From: Gnetum montanum
Lineage: Eukaryota > Plantae > Gnetophyta
DNA: 64,000 nt
Assembly: GCA_015680685.1 (NCBI GenBank)
Contig: MNCI01000001.1
Coordinates: 316,524 to 380,523, forward strand
Direction of reading: 5' to 3'
In this document: in pieces, positions 11,931 through 25,427 of the stretch
How the letters are laid out: every line of letters begins with the position of its first letter
Position numbering within the stretch: the stretch's first letter is position 1
Program-made: the position numbers and the translations under genes
Notes under the pieces: model-generated
What the model saw: the letters and a program-made list of their open reading frames with translations, nothing else
What the model was told of the DNA's origin: nothing
Databases searched by the model: none

Positions 11931-13370
11931 TTCGCCATCACTCATGAACAATTCCACAAGCAAGCAAGTGAGAATAATTTCAACTCCTCCCCACCTTCCC
12001 CCCACTTTTTTGCAACATGTGGGCAGGGATACTGCAATCCCAAAATGGAGAACTAGCCATCAGCTCGACCTTTAGAGCACTTATAGCATTATGGTGCCCT
12101 ACCATTCTATTGGGTTTTTCGGCTCTTGCCATTGCTTAGCCTTGGAAGCACTTGCAGCATCATGGCCCCCTACCATTTTTCTAATTTTCTAAGCTCCTAT
12201 CATCCATGTGGCCTCTTGAGAACCTACAACATCATCACCCCCTAGCATTTTTTATAGCTTTCTAAACACTTTCCATCAATGTTAGCTCTCGAGCACCTCT
12301 ATCATCATTGCCTCCCACCATTTTTTTGGCTTTTTGGGCACTTGCCAATGGTTTTTCCTTTAGAGTACTAGCAATACTTTCTACCCTTGACATTTTATCT
12401 ACATTTTGTTTTGTGATTTTCTTGTCTTCTTGGAGTTGTGTTTGTAGGATGAAGCCCCAAGGTGGTTGTGCAAAGGCACATTTCATCGTAATGGCAAGTC
12501 ACCACATCACTCCAATGTGCATAATTAGACTAGCTAAGCCTCTCAAGAGTGCACATCTCTATTACCCCATTATAGCCTGTTCAAACCCATCCCTATGTAT
12601 TCATGCCCTTTGCATTTCCCTGCATAATCAAAACTACAAACCCCTCTGACACATATGTGTTATTACCGAACAACATCCTCTATGAGCCAAACTATAGAAC
12701 CTAAGGTGCACATAACATAAGTTGTTCCATGAGAAGCCTCTATTGACTAGTCAAAGCCTAAGTAGATGTAACACAACTCATCATAGGGAGGAAACACCTA
12801 TCCCATAGATGTGACATGATTTCACAAGCATCAAAGCAAAGCCCATCTAGTGGCATGCAATTCACTGAATGGAAAGCATCTCATAGTTAGCAATTAGCAT
12901 TGTGAAAAATCCAAAGAAGGTTTACCCCATAGAAAAAAGCAATTAAGAAAAAAAAAGAAGAAGAACAAAGAGCAAAAGAAAAAAATCATGTCCCCAAACA
13001 AATCAACAAAGCTCCAATTTCACAACTGGTTAGGCTCTTAATCCACCTTGACTCTCTCATGAGCACTCTAACAAGAGGTCAATGTTTTTAGAGGCAAGCC
13101 ACCCTAGTGCCACGGTCACTATTAGTTGTGGTGACCTTGCATCCCACATCCTAACATCCTATTTGCATTTTATTTTCCCTTTTACCCCTAGCACATTACC
13201 CACACCTTTTACCCCATGCATACCACTATTTATAGCACTCTTGAGCATGATGCAATAGCATCCAACCATGCATAGATAGGAAATGTTGGTGCTAAGCCTA
13301 CTATGGTGTTTTGCAATTCTTTGTCAATGTCTCTTAGGCCACTCCTCTAAATGTCAAAAAGAGGGGCCAA

Positions 13371-15030
13371 TAAACCATCACCAAATTTGGGCTACCACAT
13401 CTCAATTGCAAATTTGTCTAAGTGTCAACATGAGGCAATTTTTTTCTAAGTGTTGAGACTACACTCTCTAATGCACCAAAGAATAGTTATCTTAGTGGAG
13501 ATTGTAGTTAACAACAGAGGCTAGTTTTGCAAAATTTTCTAAGTGTCAAATCAGTAGTTGTAGAGTGTGGTTGGCATGGAAGAAATAGTTTGACAGATTT
13601 TTCTAAGTGTCGAGACTACACTCTCCACTACACTAGAGCATACTCAAGTGTAGTTGGCATGGAAAAAACATGTTTGGCAAAACTTTTTGACTATCAAGAC
13701 TACACTCTCCACCAGACTAGAACTTAGTTAAGTGTAGACAGCATCAAGGCATAATTTTTTGTAGTTTCTTCTAACTATTAAGACTACATTGTCCACTACT
13801 TTAGAGTGTAGTCAACTGGAAGCTAGATTTTCCAAAATTTCTTCTAAGTGCTAGGACTATGCTTACCCCTAGTAGGGAGTGTAGTTAGCCTCCCCTAGAG
13901 CATAGTTAGAAGATGATCATATTTTTTGCAAAATTTTGCAAAGTGTTCGCCTATGCTCTCCACCAATCTAAAGCGTAGTTAAGTGTAGACTTGTCTAGTA
14001 GCCTCCAAAGGCCTCCACAACATAGAATTAGCATTCACATCAGCTCCAACACACCTTCAGAAAGTAGCATGCATCTTTTTGGTATCCCTCTTTGTCCTAA
14101 AATTGTAACTATGCTCAACACCACTCAAGATTGTGGATAGCGTAGTCCCAAAGCGCAGTCTCCAAACTTGCATTTTTTACATTTTTGTTAAGTACATTGT
14201 GATATTTTTGGCACATGAACATGTATTTGGCACTATATTCATAGTCTGGTAGTCTCATAGAGTCTATTGAAGCACACCAAAGCATAAACCATTTGCCTCA
14301 GTGGAGAGCATAGTTGGGTGTAGTGTAGTCCCAACTATCCCATTGCCACATGGCTATCAATTTGCATTTCATAGGAAACCTAGCCCTATAAACACCCCAA
14401 TCCTCTAAATTTTAGTGGTTTTCATTTTTGAATGTTGGAATCCTTAGCATTTGACATTTTGGAAATGCATTTGACATCTGACCAAGGCAAGGCATCTAAA
14501 CACCACCACAGTCTATTGTAGTTAATCTTAGACCATCATAGTCCACTAAACACCATGAAAGAACATCCATCTTCATAGCTAGACACCCCAAGACTATGAC
14601 TATGCTATCTACCATGCCTATTGTACATTGTATGCCTTGTCATCCCTTTTGAGGTTAACTATGCTTAACCCCATTTGGGGTGGTGCCACTTTCTCTCTTG
14701 CTCTCCTCCTATGCATCCTTAGTATTTTTCATTTGCATTTTGGCATTTTCTTTGCATTTTCACTATTTTTTATGCATAACCATGTGTTAACACCCTTATT
14801 TTTGGTGGAAACCCTTGACTATGCTCACCATCATTGACACCGTGAACATCGCACAAACACTTTAGCACTATTTTGACATTGCATTCTATAAGTCCCTATT
14901 CAATCAAAAGACCATTTTGGACATCCTATCTCTACCTCTATAAAGCCCTCACATGAATATGGGGTTAAAATTGTATGCTTGCAAACCTCTTGGTGTTGCC
15001 ATTCTAGCCTCTGACATTTTTAGCGCTACA
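13371..15030 (+). repeat. 3' LTR of element A (~1.66 kb)
   Basis: Follows the PPT. Start TAAACCATCACC resembles TGAAACACCACC of element B. TATAAA at 14387, ends in TACA. U3 is rich in ACTACACT/AGTGTAGT motifs. Confidence 0.8.
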
Positions 15031-16579
15031 GAGACATCTTGAGATGGTTAGAGATGTCTTCCTAGGTGACTTGTTTTACAAAGTTGAGTTGTAAAAGGCT
15101 AAAATTCAAATTGAAGGAAGTCAAAACAATGGAAAATATTGAAAAAAAAAACATATGTAAGAAATCCAAAAACTTCAAAACAAGAAGTAATGTGGAAAAT
15201 ATATTAGCAATATCAGTATGGGAAAATGAAATTGATGTAGATATAGGATGCAAATCTCATGATGAAGGAAATCATACCCAAAAGATTGAAAGAATAATAG
15301 AAAAAGGATTTAATTAAAACCATTATAAAAGTAAAGGAATAATAATACCACATTAAAAGAGCCTATAATCAATAAAGGAAAAATATATCAAGGTAAGATA
15401 TCAATAATGAATGAAAATCTAAAAATTTCAAATTATCCATAAAAAAACGCTAATCCACATCCTCTCTTTGGATCAGAAATAATATAGAACAAGAATTAAA
15501 CAAATCTAATCATTTAATTATAAATAATAATAATTGAATGATAAGAATAACCCAATACCACAAAATTGTTGGTATTAATTCTTATAAACTTGCACCCAGA
15601 ATTGACAAAAATAATAATATGAACAATCATGAATTTCAAATACACTAATCTTTCAAACTAACATTCCAAGGCATCCTAAGAAATACCCATTAGCCCACAA
15701 ACATATCAATAATATAGAATTTAATATCACCAAACCCATCCCATGAATGTACACAACCCTCTAAATCTAAATAGAAAGGAAGCCAAGATTACTCTTTACA
15801 AAATTTTCACAAACTAATCTACATAAGGAAAGAGCAATATAACAAAGATCTAATTAAAAGTGTAACTGATCCAAAATTCACTAGTACCTCCACTAGCTTT
15901 AATCTCTCACAGAACCTCTCTGTCATGTTCCCAGAATTAGTAAGATGTGTGGAAAGAAAAAGCCATGAATGTTCTAATGGAAGATTAATAAAAATCATCA
16001 AAAAAGGAAAATTTAGCAAATTACCAAATATTTAAACTAAAATAATATTTTCATTAATTTCTTTCACCACATATGTAACTTCCTCTACTCTCACGTGACA
16101 TCTAGACATACTAGAATAATCAATAATTCATATGCTAATAACAACTATCCCAAAACATCCTAATGAATCTCATAAAATAAAATTAAAAACTAAGTTCATT
16201 AAATATAAATTAGATGGCTACCAACATAACATGATAAATAAGGTCATAAAATACTCTCTAAAGAATATGAAGCAAAACATATATCATTAATCATATCATG
16301 CTACTAGATAACCTCTAAAGGAATCCTACCATACTTAATTATAGGATTAGTGCATATATGCTAAATGTAAAAATTTATACATATATACAAATACAAATAT
16401 ATACATAATAAAATTAATTTATACATGCATCTCAAATTTCATCATCATGAAATATTAAGTTCTCAGCCATGAAAATATATCAAACTAATAACATGCATAA
16501 CACACACCCAAGCACAAGAAACATAATCTTGATAAAGGATCATATGTACCAATGATCCTAAAAAATATTGGGTGTTACA
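15031..16579 (-). mobile_element. Old LTR fragment (chromovirus/Tekay-like terminus)
   Basis: Minus strand begins TGTAACACCC at 16579 and truncates the CRM-like protease next to it. No coding signal. Confidence 0.4.
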
Positions 16580-19338
16580 ATCTATAGAAAGCCAATGTAG
16601 TCTATAGGGGTTATTCTAAGGAAATTTATTTAGGCCAAGTCTATCAACAATCTTAGAAGAAATAACATTTTCTTGTGCATCATCATCTCTTAAGAAGTAT
16701 ATCCATTTATTAATAGAGAGATACATAGCCTTATTTCTAAGGAAAAATTTTGTTAAAGATCCTCATTAATATTAATAATGTTACTAAATTAATTAGTTTT
16801 AGTAACATCTTTTTTCAAAGGGACACTAGGATTACCTTTATTTGAAGACTCTTCTTTCTCAAAATTTCAAAATTCTTTATCCTTATAAGCTTCATATTTC
16901 TCACACTCCCTTTGCTTATGTAATCATCCTCCACAACTAAAGCATTAAACATTCAAATAATTTTCATTTCCTTTATCTTTTTTCATTCTTTCAAATATAT
17001 TTCTTGGAATCTTGATATTTCTTTTTGTTATATTGATTTTCCTATGAGTCTTTTATGACATTTTTCTTTTTCTCTACTTCTTTATATTCTTTAGAAGCTT
17101 TGAACTATTTTCCTTTGGAAGCCTTGGGATCTTTAATGTAGTCATGGTATTTCTTATTATATTTAAGAGGAAAATTAAAAATCTCATCCAATGTTTATGA
17201 TTTATAGAATATGAGTCTTAATGAAATTTACTTTTCAATCCACCATAGAAGTTTGAAGCTTGCTATTAATTTTGATGAACCTTACCTTATTGGAAAGCTT
17301 TGTAAAATGCCATGCAATATTCCTTTATAGCTTTGTCATATTATCTTATTTATTCTAATCTTTGAAGTGCTTCTTTTATATAGTGAGTATTTTCATTTTT
17401 TTTCTTGAGCATAAATTGTGTAAGAAACCAGTATTTAATAGAGGTACTATTATTTACAACATAAGCATACTTTTTTCCAAAATATTTTTTTTATACCTTC
17501 AAGCTTAGTTTTATTATATGATAGCTTTTGATGATATTCAACATCTTCAAGATCAAAATATTTGTGCAACATCCTGATCCAAGGAAGAAAATATTGAGTA
17601 TATTCCATTCTGTAAAAGGATTTGACTTCAACATGAGGTAATCTACAAGCATTTTTTAGTGCTTTAGCAAGAGTTAGCTTAATTTTTTTACTTCTATTTA
17701 CTTAAGGTTCTTAAGAAACTTTCTTCTTCCCTTGTCCTAGAAAGATATATTCTTAAGACTTGTTACCAACACTTGGAGCATGAAGAACATCTTCATGTTT
17801 TTCATTCCTTTCAAATTTTTCATTCTGAAAGGAAATTTCATCTTCAAGAGGAGGCATAGATGAATGTCTTGAAGATGTCCTTAGTGAAAGTTCTTTGGAA
17901 TTATTTAGTTTTCTAGATTCATGTAGAAAAGAAGGATATATTTTTTTATCTTTTGGGTTTTTAATTTTTTTAACAACATGAAAGAATTTCTCATAACTTC
18001 CACATATTTTGCTAAAGTATGGACTTTTTTCTTGTTTTGTGTCATGATAAAAATGATCTAAAAGGTAAAGGTCATAAAGGTCTAGAAGAAAATATGAAAT
18101 ATGAATAATATTCAAATGTGAAGAAGGAATAATTTCTTAAATCTTAGTATAAATAAGTTCAAGATATTCAAATACATAATCTAAAAGGTAAAATTAACAA
18201 AGGTCTACAAAAAATGAAAAATATTAAGAAAATTAAAAGATGAGAAAGTAAGGAATGTTTAAGTATAAGTAGAAATATGTTCCAGTTATTAATAGATATC
18301 ATTTAAGTAAATTAATATTACAATTCATAATTATTTTTCAATACTATAATTAGTTGATCAAAATAATGATCACAGAAGTTCTCAAAATTGTGAGTATGAA
18401 AAATGACACTACGAAAATTGTAAAACAAAATGAGATCTAAAAGTAATTCCTTGTATCTAAGATGAGGATTCTTCACTTGAATTGAATTTCATTAATACCA
18501 ATGTTCTAATAACAATCTAGCGGGGAGATGGTTTGAATTCATATTCCAAGATTACTTAAGTATAAATATTTATCATAATTAAATAAGAAAAGTAAACAAT
18601 AACACTATTCATTTAAAATGAATACAGTGCACAAATGAAAGCATCACACTTCCAAGGATAGACAATTAATAAATCAAACCCTCACTCCAATATCACAATA
18701 TAAGGATAATATTAAAGAGATGATTTACTACTCAACTACTTAATAACAATACTCTTACCTTTTTTCAAGCCCACACAATGACAAATTCCACTCTCACATC
18801 CTTCTTATGGCTATTTCAACCTTTTATAATCCTTGAAATGATCCTTGGGTTCTCTCAACAATTCATCTTCTTTTAAAATTTCATGTATATTTCAAAAAAT
18901 TAAAATTTTTCAAATTGCTAGTGACTACAACTTATAGGTCTTTGCAATTGCCAAAGTAGGACCAAACTACAAGTTACATCATATCATATTAGTAAACTTT
19001 GAATACTTTCATCCACTATGTCTCCCTAGATTGTAACCTATTATAATTTGCATTCTCTAGATTGTGACCTCAAATGACTTCCATGTACTCAAAATGCATT
19101 AAAGAATCTCAAAAAATACAAAAGTAATCTTAAATTACAAATTACTCTAGATAGTGACTTGTAGCTACTCATAGAAATATATTACAATTCACAATGAGCT
19201 CGCAATTGCCTATTCAATACTAACAAAACATATAGATACCATTAAAATGAATCCAAATAAGAAATGCATATATCCTACTACTTCTAGAACACATAGAGAA
19301 TGAGCATTACCTTAGAGAGTGGGTTGATGTCATCATCA
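16580..19338 (-). mobile_element. CRM-like Ty3/gypsy relic (5'LTR, PBS, gag, start of protease), related to element D
   Basis: Minus translation KLTLAKALKNACRLPHVEVKSF..FLPWIRMLHKYFDLE aligns with element D gag ARLTIAFKNALKLLYVELRNF..TSWLKVFEKCFQLE. AQENVISSKIVDRLGL..PYRLHWL aligns with the D protease. Decayed tRNA-Met PBS (TGGTATTAAT) at 18500-18491; LTR ~18502-19338 starting TGATGATG. Confidence 0.7.
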
Positions 19339-19557
19339 AATTAATAGTTTGATCTAGCCACATGGGTACAACTGAAAGAGATGGTGACAAAGGCAAAGAC
19401 ATAGAAGGTGAAAGGAATTAAAATGAATTTTTCCTTTAAAAAATTTTATCATAACATGTTAACTACTACCTTTTTTATTTAATTTTTTATGGTTTTCATT
19501 TATATAGTTATCTTTAGATTACTTCAACTTTTAAAGTTAAGTATTTTTGAAATTACA

Positions 19558-19558
19558 C

Positions 19559-19590
<32 letters not shown>
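19558..19590. repeat. (TA)n(CA)n microsatellite
   Basis: catatatatacacacacacacatacatatatat. Confidence 0.7.
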
Positions 19591-22310
19591 GATAATTAAA
19601 ATTTAGATATGTAAATTTTAGTTTTTTTATAAAATAAATGATTTATTTGAATTTTTTTAAGTTTAATTTTTTTATGTTTCTAGCTTTTTTATGAGACTTG
19701 CTAAAGAGTGTTGACTTATTTTACCAATTATCAAATTAATGTTATCATTGATGGGCCTTAAAAATCTTATTTATTAAGTAAAAATTTATAGGTTTAAATT
19801 TCTAGTGATTAAATTTTTTCAAATCATTAATTTTAAATTTAAATTTAATTTAATTAGTGTCCTCCCCTAAAAATATTAAGTAATATCTCCCATAACTCTA
19901 ATCAAAAAGAAATTTGTACCAATCAAATCATCTAAAAGAGTACTACATGATGGAAGAGGATTTATTAAACATATGGTGTTGATTTTTGATTATTTTGAAA
20001 ACAAAAATTTTGTTATTTTGTAATACTAGTTTATTTAATATTAAATATGGAAGAAATTATGTATTTTAAGTGAGTCAACTTTTCTTATGAAGTGATGGAA
20101 AATTATTTTATATAAAAATTCAATATTTGATATTAGCATATTCATTTCCTAATTCATAATTATAATACAAACAATCACCAAACTTGATCTATATAGTTTA
20201 AAGAAGACATTTCTAAAGATAGAAAACATCATTATTATCTAATAAAAGTTTTCATACCTTCATCGTGCTAATGGCCCTTATTAGTTTTGCAGAGGAAGCC
20301 TATGTTTAGCATGTTTTTCTAATGTTCGTTCAATTATTTTTTCAGATATATTTCCATATATTTTTTAATGAATTAAGACCTTAATAGGTATGGAATATTG
20401 GATTTATTACTACTTGGATTTTGGATGTTTAGGGAAGGAAAAATGCAATAGCAAGATAATCCTTTAAAAGACCTCACAAAAGGCTTTCTTTTATAAATTG
20501 AGAAAAGAGAATATTTAACCTTATAAAAAAGATTACTAAAAATTATTTGTGTTTCTTTCTTGAATAAGGACCTAATAGTTTGATTTGTTACAAAGGTAAG
20601 GAGAATTATATTACTACTTAAAAACACATAAATGTTACCTAGAAGGAGCATTACCTTTTTATCTTCTTTATTAAGTATTTTTTCTTACCTAAAATCTCAT
20701 GTTGCTATATTCCTTATTAGTCCTTAATTTAATATCAGAAAAATTAGATTAATTGGTGTTCTTTGAAATTAATATACAAGGGATCCTTATAAATTATATT
20801 TTTCCCTAGATTATAACTTCGTTCACAGACATGGTTTATCTTGGATATGGTGCACTTCTAGTGATGTTTTTTGGTTTGTTCTTATTCATGGATTCTAGTA
20901 CATCCTAGATTATAATTTTTTATAGATCTTGATTCATCCTAAAATTTGATTTGATCTATGACAATTATGATATTCCATTTCTAGATATCATAACAAATTA
21001 TGAAGAGACATTATGTTTGATATTATGTGTAGTGAACATAATAGGGAAAATGTATAAGGAAATGAAAATGAACATTGTTAATAAGAAGATTACAAATGAA
21101 TAAGTGTATCTAGGTCATACTCTAAGATTCCGTAAGGTTTTTTTACTTTGACATGTATCCCTTGGAGATAACTCAGTACTACCATCATTATTAGACCTAG
21201 AGCTTGCTAGAAAGGTTGGACATGTTCCATCTTGTCTTCGTTCACCTTGCTTTATTACTCACTTTTTTATTAGCTCCATTACTCCATGCTAGCTTGACTT
21301 CTAAGTTATAGGTATAAATACCTTAGGTCAAATCCCCAAATATTTCCTTAATCCACATGCCTATAATTAGAACATGCCCTTTTATTAAGTGTGTTTTTAT
21401 AATAGTTATAACTTCATATTGTAGAATAATATTATTTGGAAATGGAAATGTAATAGCTAAGCACTAAGAATCTTATAGTTCTATGTACTCATGCTCTAGC
21501 ATTAATAGTTTAAGACCCTTAGTTATGTACATCTCATCATGCTTGAGGTTAGTATCTTATGACTCTTGATCTTTACCATTTTTATTCTTATTTAATATAA
21601 TTTAATGTGTGAGGGCTATTTCATCATCTTGGCCTTTTATCATGCCTTAAGATTTTCTTACTATCTTAGCTTCACATGTAACTCTTAGGATTATTCTACC
21701 ATATGGGTTTCTTAATATCAACATTTTCTAACAACCTTATTACATGTTTAATCCTTAGAAAGAAACAACATAACATAACCATTTAAATCTAGTCATTCAA
21801 GATAACACATATCATCAATACAATCACTATCAATACAATCAGTATCATGTAGAACATTAACAATGGTGGTAGGAGAATAATAAAATCATCAACATAAATT
21901 AGCATCAATATTTTAATCTAACTAATCTCTTGATTATATTTCTTGTCAAAGAATATATTCTTTCCATTCTTATGTCTTTCTAATGTGACAACATCATCTT
22001 CAATCATTCCATATCAATTTTTTACTTCATAAATAATGTATTTCAAGATATAGTTTGGTTAATTAGATCAACATGAAAAAAACTGTCATGTAGTAGATTA
22101 ATTCACCAAACCATATAGATTCCTCATTCTTATTGATCATGCATAATAGAATTAAGACTAACATAAAATTAGCATTGTATTCCTAGTCAAATAGAACTAA
22201 ATTTTTTATTACTTACATAACAAAAAAACTTTGAAATATAAAATTTGTTATAATAATGTAAAAAATATCAATCCTAGTAGCTAAGATGAAAGAATCACAA
22301 AGAGACCTAT

Positions 22311-25242
22311 TGTAATACCTTGACCTTAGATACCATTTTTTCTATCATATGTTTGATTATTTGAACTCTTGATGTATTTTTTGCTAAATTTATACCGTAC
22401 ATTTAGTACCTTTTTATTAGTTGACTATGCTTATGCTATTGTTTAATTAAGCTACATACCTTATAATTACCTTAATAGATGAATTGGTATTTTAATATAT
22501 TTTTATTTTAGTAAAAGGATCATCACCCTACGCCATAATGGTCATCTTGCTAGGCAGGATCTAGGAGGGTTGATAGATGAGAGAAAGCTTAACCTCTTCG
22601 AGTAGTTGTGCCTACCTCGAGCTTGGGCCTTTGACATTAGAAACAAGAAACTTATCATCACTCTAAATTATTATCCTTAATGTATTTTTATTTTAGTATA
22701 TTATTAAAATAAGTATATGTGCATTGACCTCTTTGTTAAAATTTTGAGTAAGTAGGTATTAGATACTAGATCGATCATTGGTACATGGGGTACTACATTG
22801 AGCCTATGGAATGCTTGGTTGCTATTTGTTTGAATTTCCTTATTATTATTAAAAATTAATTAATTAAATATATTTTTTAGTATTTTTTAATTATTTTAGT
22901 TTATGTCCTTTCTAGAAGTAGCATGCAATAGTATCTTAGTTAGTTATGTTTGGACGTTAGACCCACTTATCTAGAATTGAAAGGTAAACATACCTATTAG
23001 TTCATCCATAGAGGCTATGATATTAGGCTAGCACTAGGTATGACCTCATAGATGAATGATATTTTATTAATTTTACAAATTCTAATCTAATTATATTTTC
23101 TTTTTTGTTTTATTTTTTAGTACAATTTATGCATTTTGCTAAACCTTGACAGACTATTGTAAGTTCAAATACCTAGAAAAGCTTTCATTAGAAATCATTC
23201 TTTTGTTCTGTCAACATTTGGGAGATACATCTAGAGTGGAAAAATTTTCTAGATAGGAGAGAACTAAAGATATATCTATGTTATCATTTAGGATTCAAGT
23301 ACATTAATTTTAAATCTTATTTTAGATTTTACCTAGATCTAATTGTTAACATTTAATTTCACATAGGATTTATGTCCCACTTGGAAGTATTATTCATGAA
23401 AGAATTTTAGTTGCAACATATCAACTAGGTAGGAAACATTTATTACAATGTTCATCTTCTAGGGTTTTAGAATAACTAATGTTCTTCTAGGGTTTTAGAA
23501 TAGTTGCTTATGTGCACATTTGATCTAGTTTGGTTTGTTTGATAATTAATTGATGAAATATTTTATAAATTTATTTCCACAAAATCTAATTTGTTAATGG
23601 ATGTTTCTAAGATTTAATATTATAATATTTAATTTATCATGCATGAGATATTAGATCTTAAATTATTTTCTATTTATATTCTTTTTAATCTTAATTTTCC
23701 TTTTCCAAGTCTCTAGACTATAGAATCAAAGTTTTCATTCCTATAATTTATGTTTTTAGGGCTTGAGATGTCCATAGATGATATCGATGTAGAAGGCAAC
23801 ATTGCTAGACATGATGGCATGAAATCTTGACCTTTTGGTATGTCAAAACCTTAGAGGAAATGGAGAAAATAGAATGTGTGTGTGATTACAATCTTATAGG
23901 ACCATGAAAGGATGAACAAGGACTTTAAATGGAGATTCAAAACTTCAAGAATGACAGCCACACTGATGGAATAAAGACTAAAATGGACAAGATACAAGCA
24001 TGAATGAAGATGAAGTCTACAAGCCAAACAAAGATGTTCCAAGGATTGTTGAGATGCTAGATTGGCAAGGGAATGTTACAGATTCCAGAGTATGCAAGCA
24101 AAGTAGATGTCTCATATAAACAATAGACATCTCACTTGCTTAATAGATGTATCACGGTAAACGTCTCAACTTATAGATAAATGTCTCTCCTACATTGAGA
24201 ATGTTCATAGTTAGAAGTTTCATCTTTGAAGTTAGATGTCTATACTAGTTGTTTGATAACCATTGCACAAGTTCTGAGTTTTTGAAAACTTAAAGCACAT
24301 AATACTAAGTGAAATTCTTGGAAATTGTGCAATTACATATCATTTTCAAATCAATCCAAGGCTACTCAAAGAGATTTTGTACTTGTCCTTCATTGTATTA
24401 TCTTTTGTATATTTTGGTTGGTTGTATTGAGCTTCATTGCAAGGACTCTATAAATTTAGTTACACTTTCTCCTTGATCCTTTTTCTTTCTTTCTTGTAAC
24501 TGACCTCTCAATTTTTTTTAAAAAAACATATTTTAGTAAGTTTGGAAATATTTTTAACTCTATTAGTTCTAGCATAGGTTCATCTAGAATCTTCAACTCT
24601 TTCCAATCTTAGTCTTTCTGTTATTATGCATGTTCTACTTGAGAGAGTTGCTATCATATCTCTTCTATCTCATCTAGCTTTTCTACATATGAGTTGATAA
24701 GTACTTCTTATTTCATGCAAATTATAGATTTATGGTTTTCATCTATTATTAGTAACTAGATGGTTTCTTACTTAGTAGCTACTACATACAAACATCTTTG
24801 CATACATACTATTTTAACACATGAGCTACATGATGTAATTCTTTTCTATCTCATTGTCTAACCTCTCTACATGTAATTGCATCCTATGTTACTATATGCA
24901 ATGCATGGAACTCATAGATTATAAGAAAATTTAGTATTTCACTTATCTATAAACTAACATAGAGTAAAAATGGTTGGTTTTTGGTAAGACTTTAAACTAG
25001 GAACAAAATTCTAACTTACTGTTAAACTAAGGATACCTTATATTTTCTTTGAAAACATAAGTGTTTGAAATGTTTCTAATCACAAGTATTTCTTAATAGT
25101 TATTCTAACAAAAATATTTTGATAAGAAATGATCTAAAGATGGAGAATACTAATGTCTCTTGGACTATAAATACTATGATGGATTTTGAAGCTTTTAATT
25201 TCATTTTACTTACTAATTTTTATGAATCTCTATCAAAACATA
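22311..25242 (+). mobile_element. Probable old LTR-like sequence interrupted by the LINE
   Basis: Starts TGTAATACC, a chromovirus-type LTR start; CTATAAAT near 24448; noncoding. Right end not resolved. Confidence 0.3.
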
Positions 25243-25427
25243 CCACTTCTCAATATATTTTTTTTCGGAAAGGATCGAGCAAATTATATTCCAAAAAAAG
25301 GGGAGCTATACATCTATACAGCACAGGCCAGTGCCGCTGGCCCCACTCCGGCCAAGAAAATCACCCAGTAATCCCCATGGCTTGTCACGTCATGGGCATC
25401 CCCACAGGCAGATGGCCTTCCTTGCAA

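Larger units (their letters stand above)
1..15030 (+). mobile_element. Ty3/gypsy LTR retrotransposon, Tat/Ogre-type (element A), 5' part outside window, decayed
   Basis: Protease motifs at 650-1250, RT-RH-aRH-IN at 8154-11637, PPT AAAAAGAGGGG 13356-13366. 3'LTR ends ...TTTTTAGCGCTACA at 15030, matching the LTR ends of elements B and C. Confidence 0.92.

Noticed and set aside
20300-22300. Possible host exon or coding relic
   Set aside because: No recognisable motif or consistent frame by hand; left unannotated.
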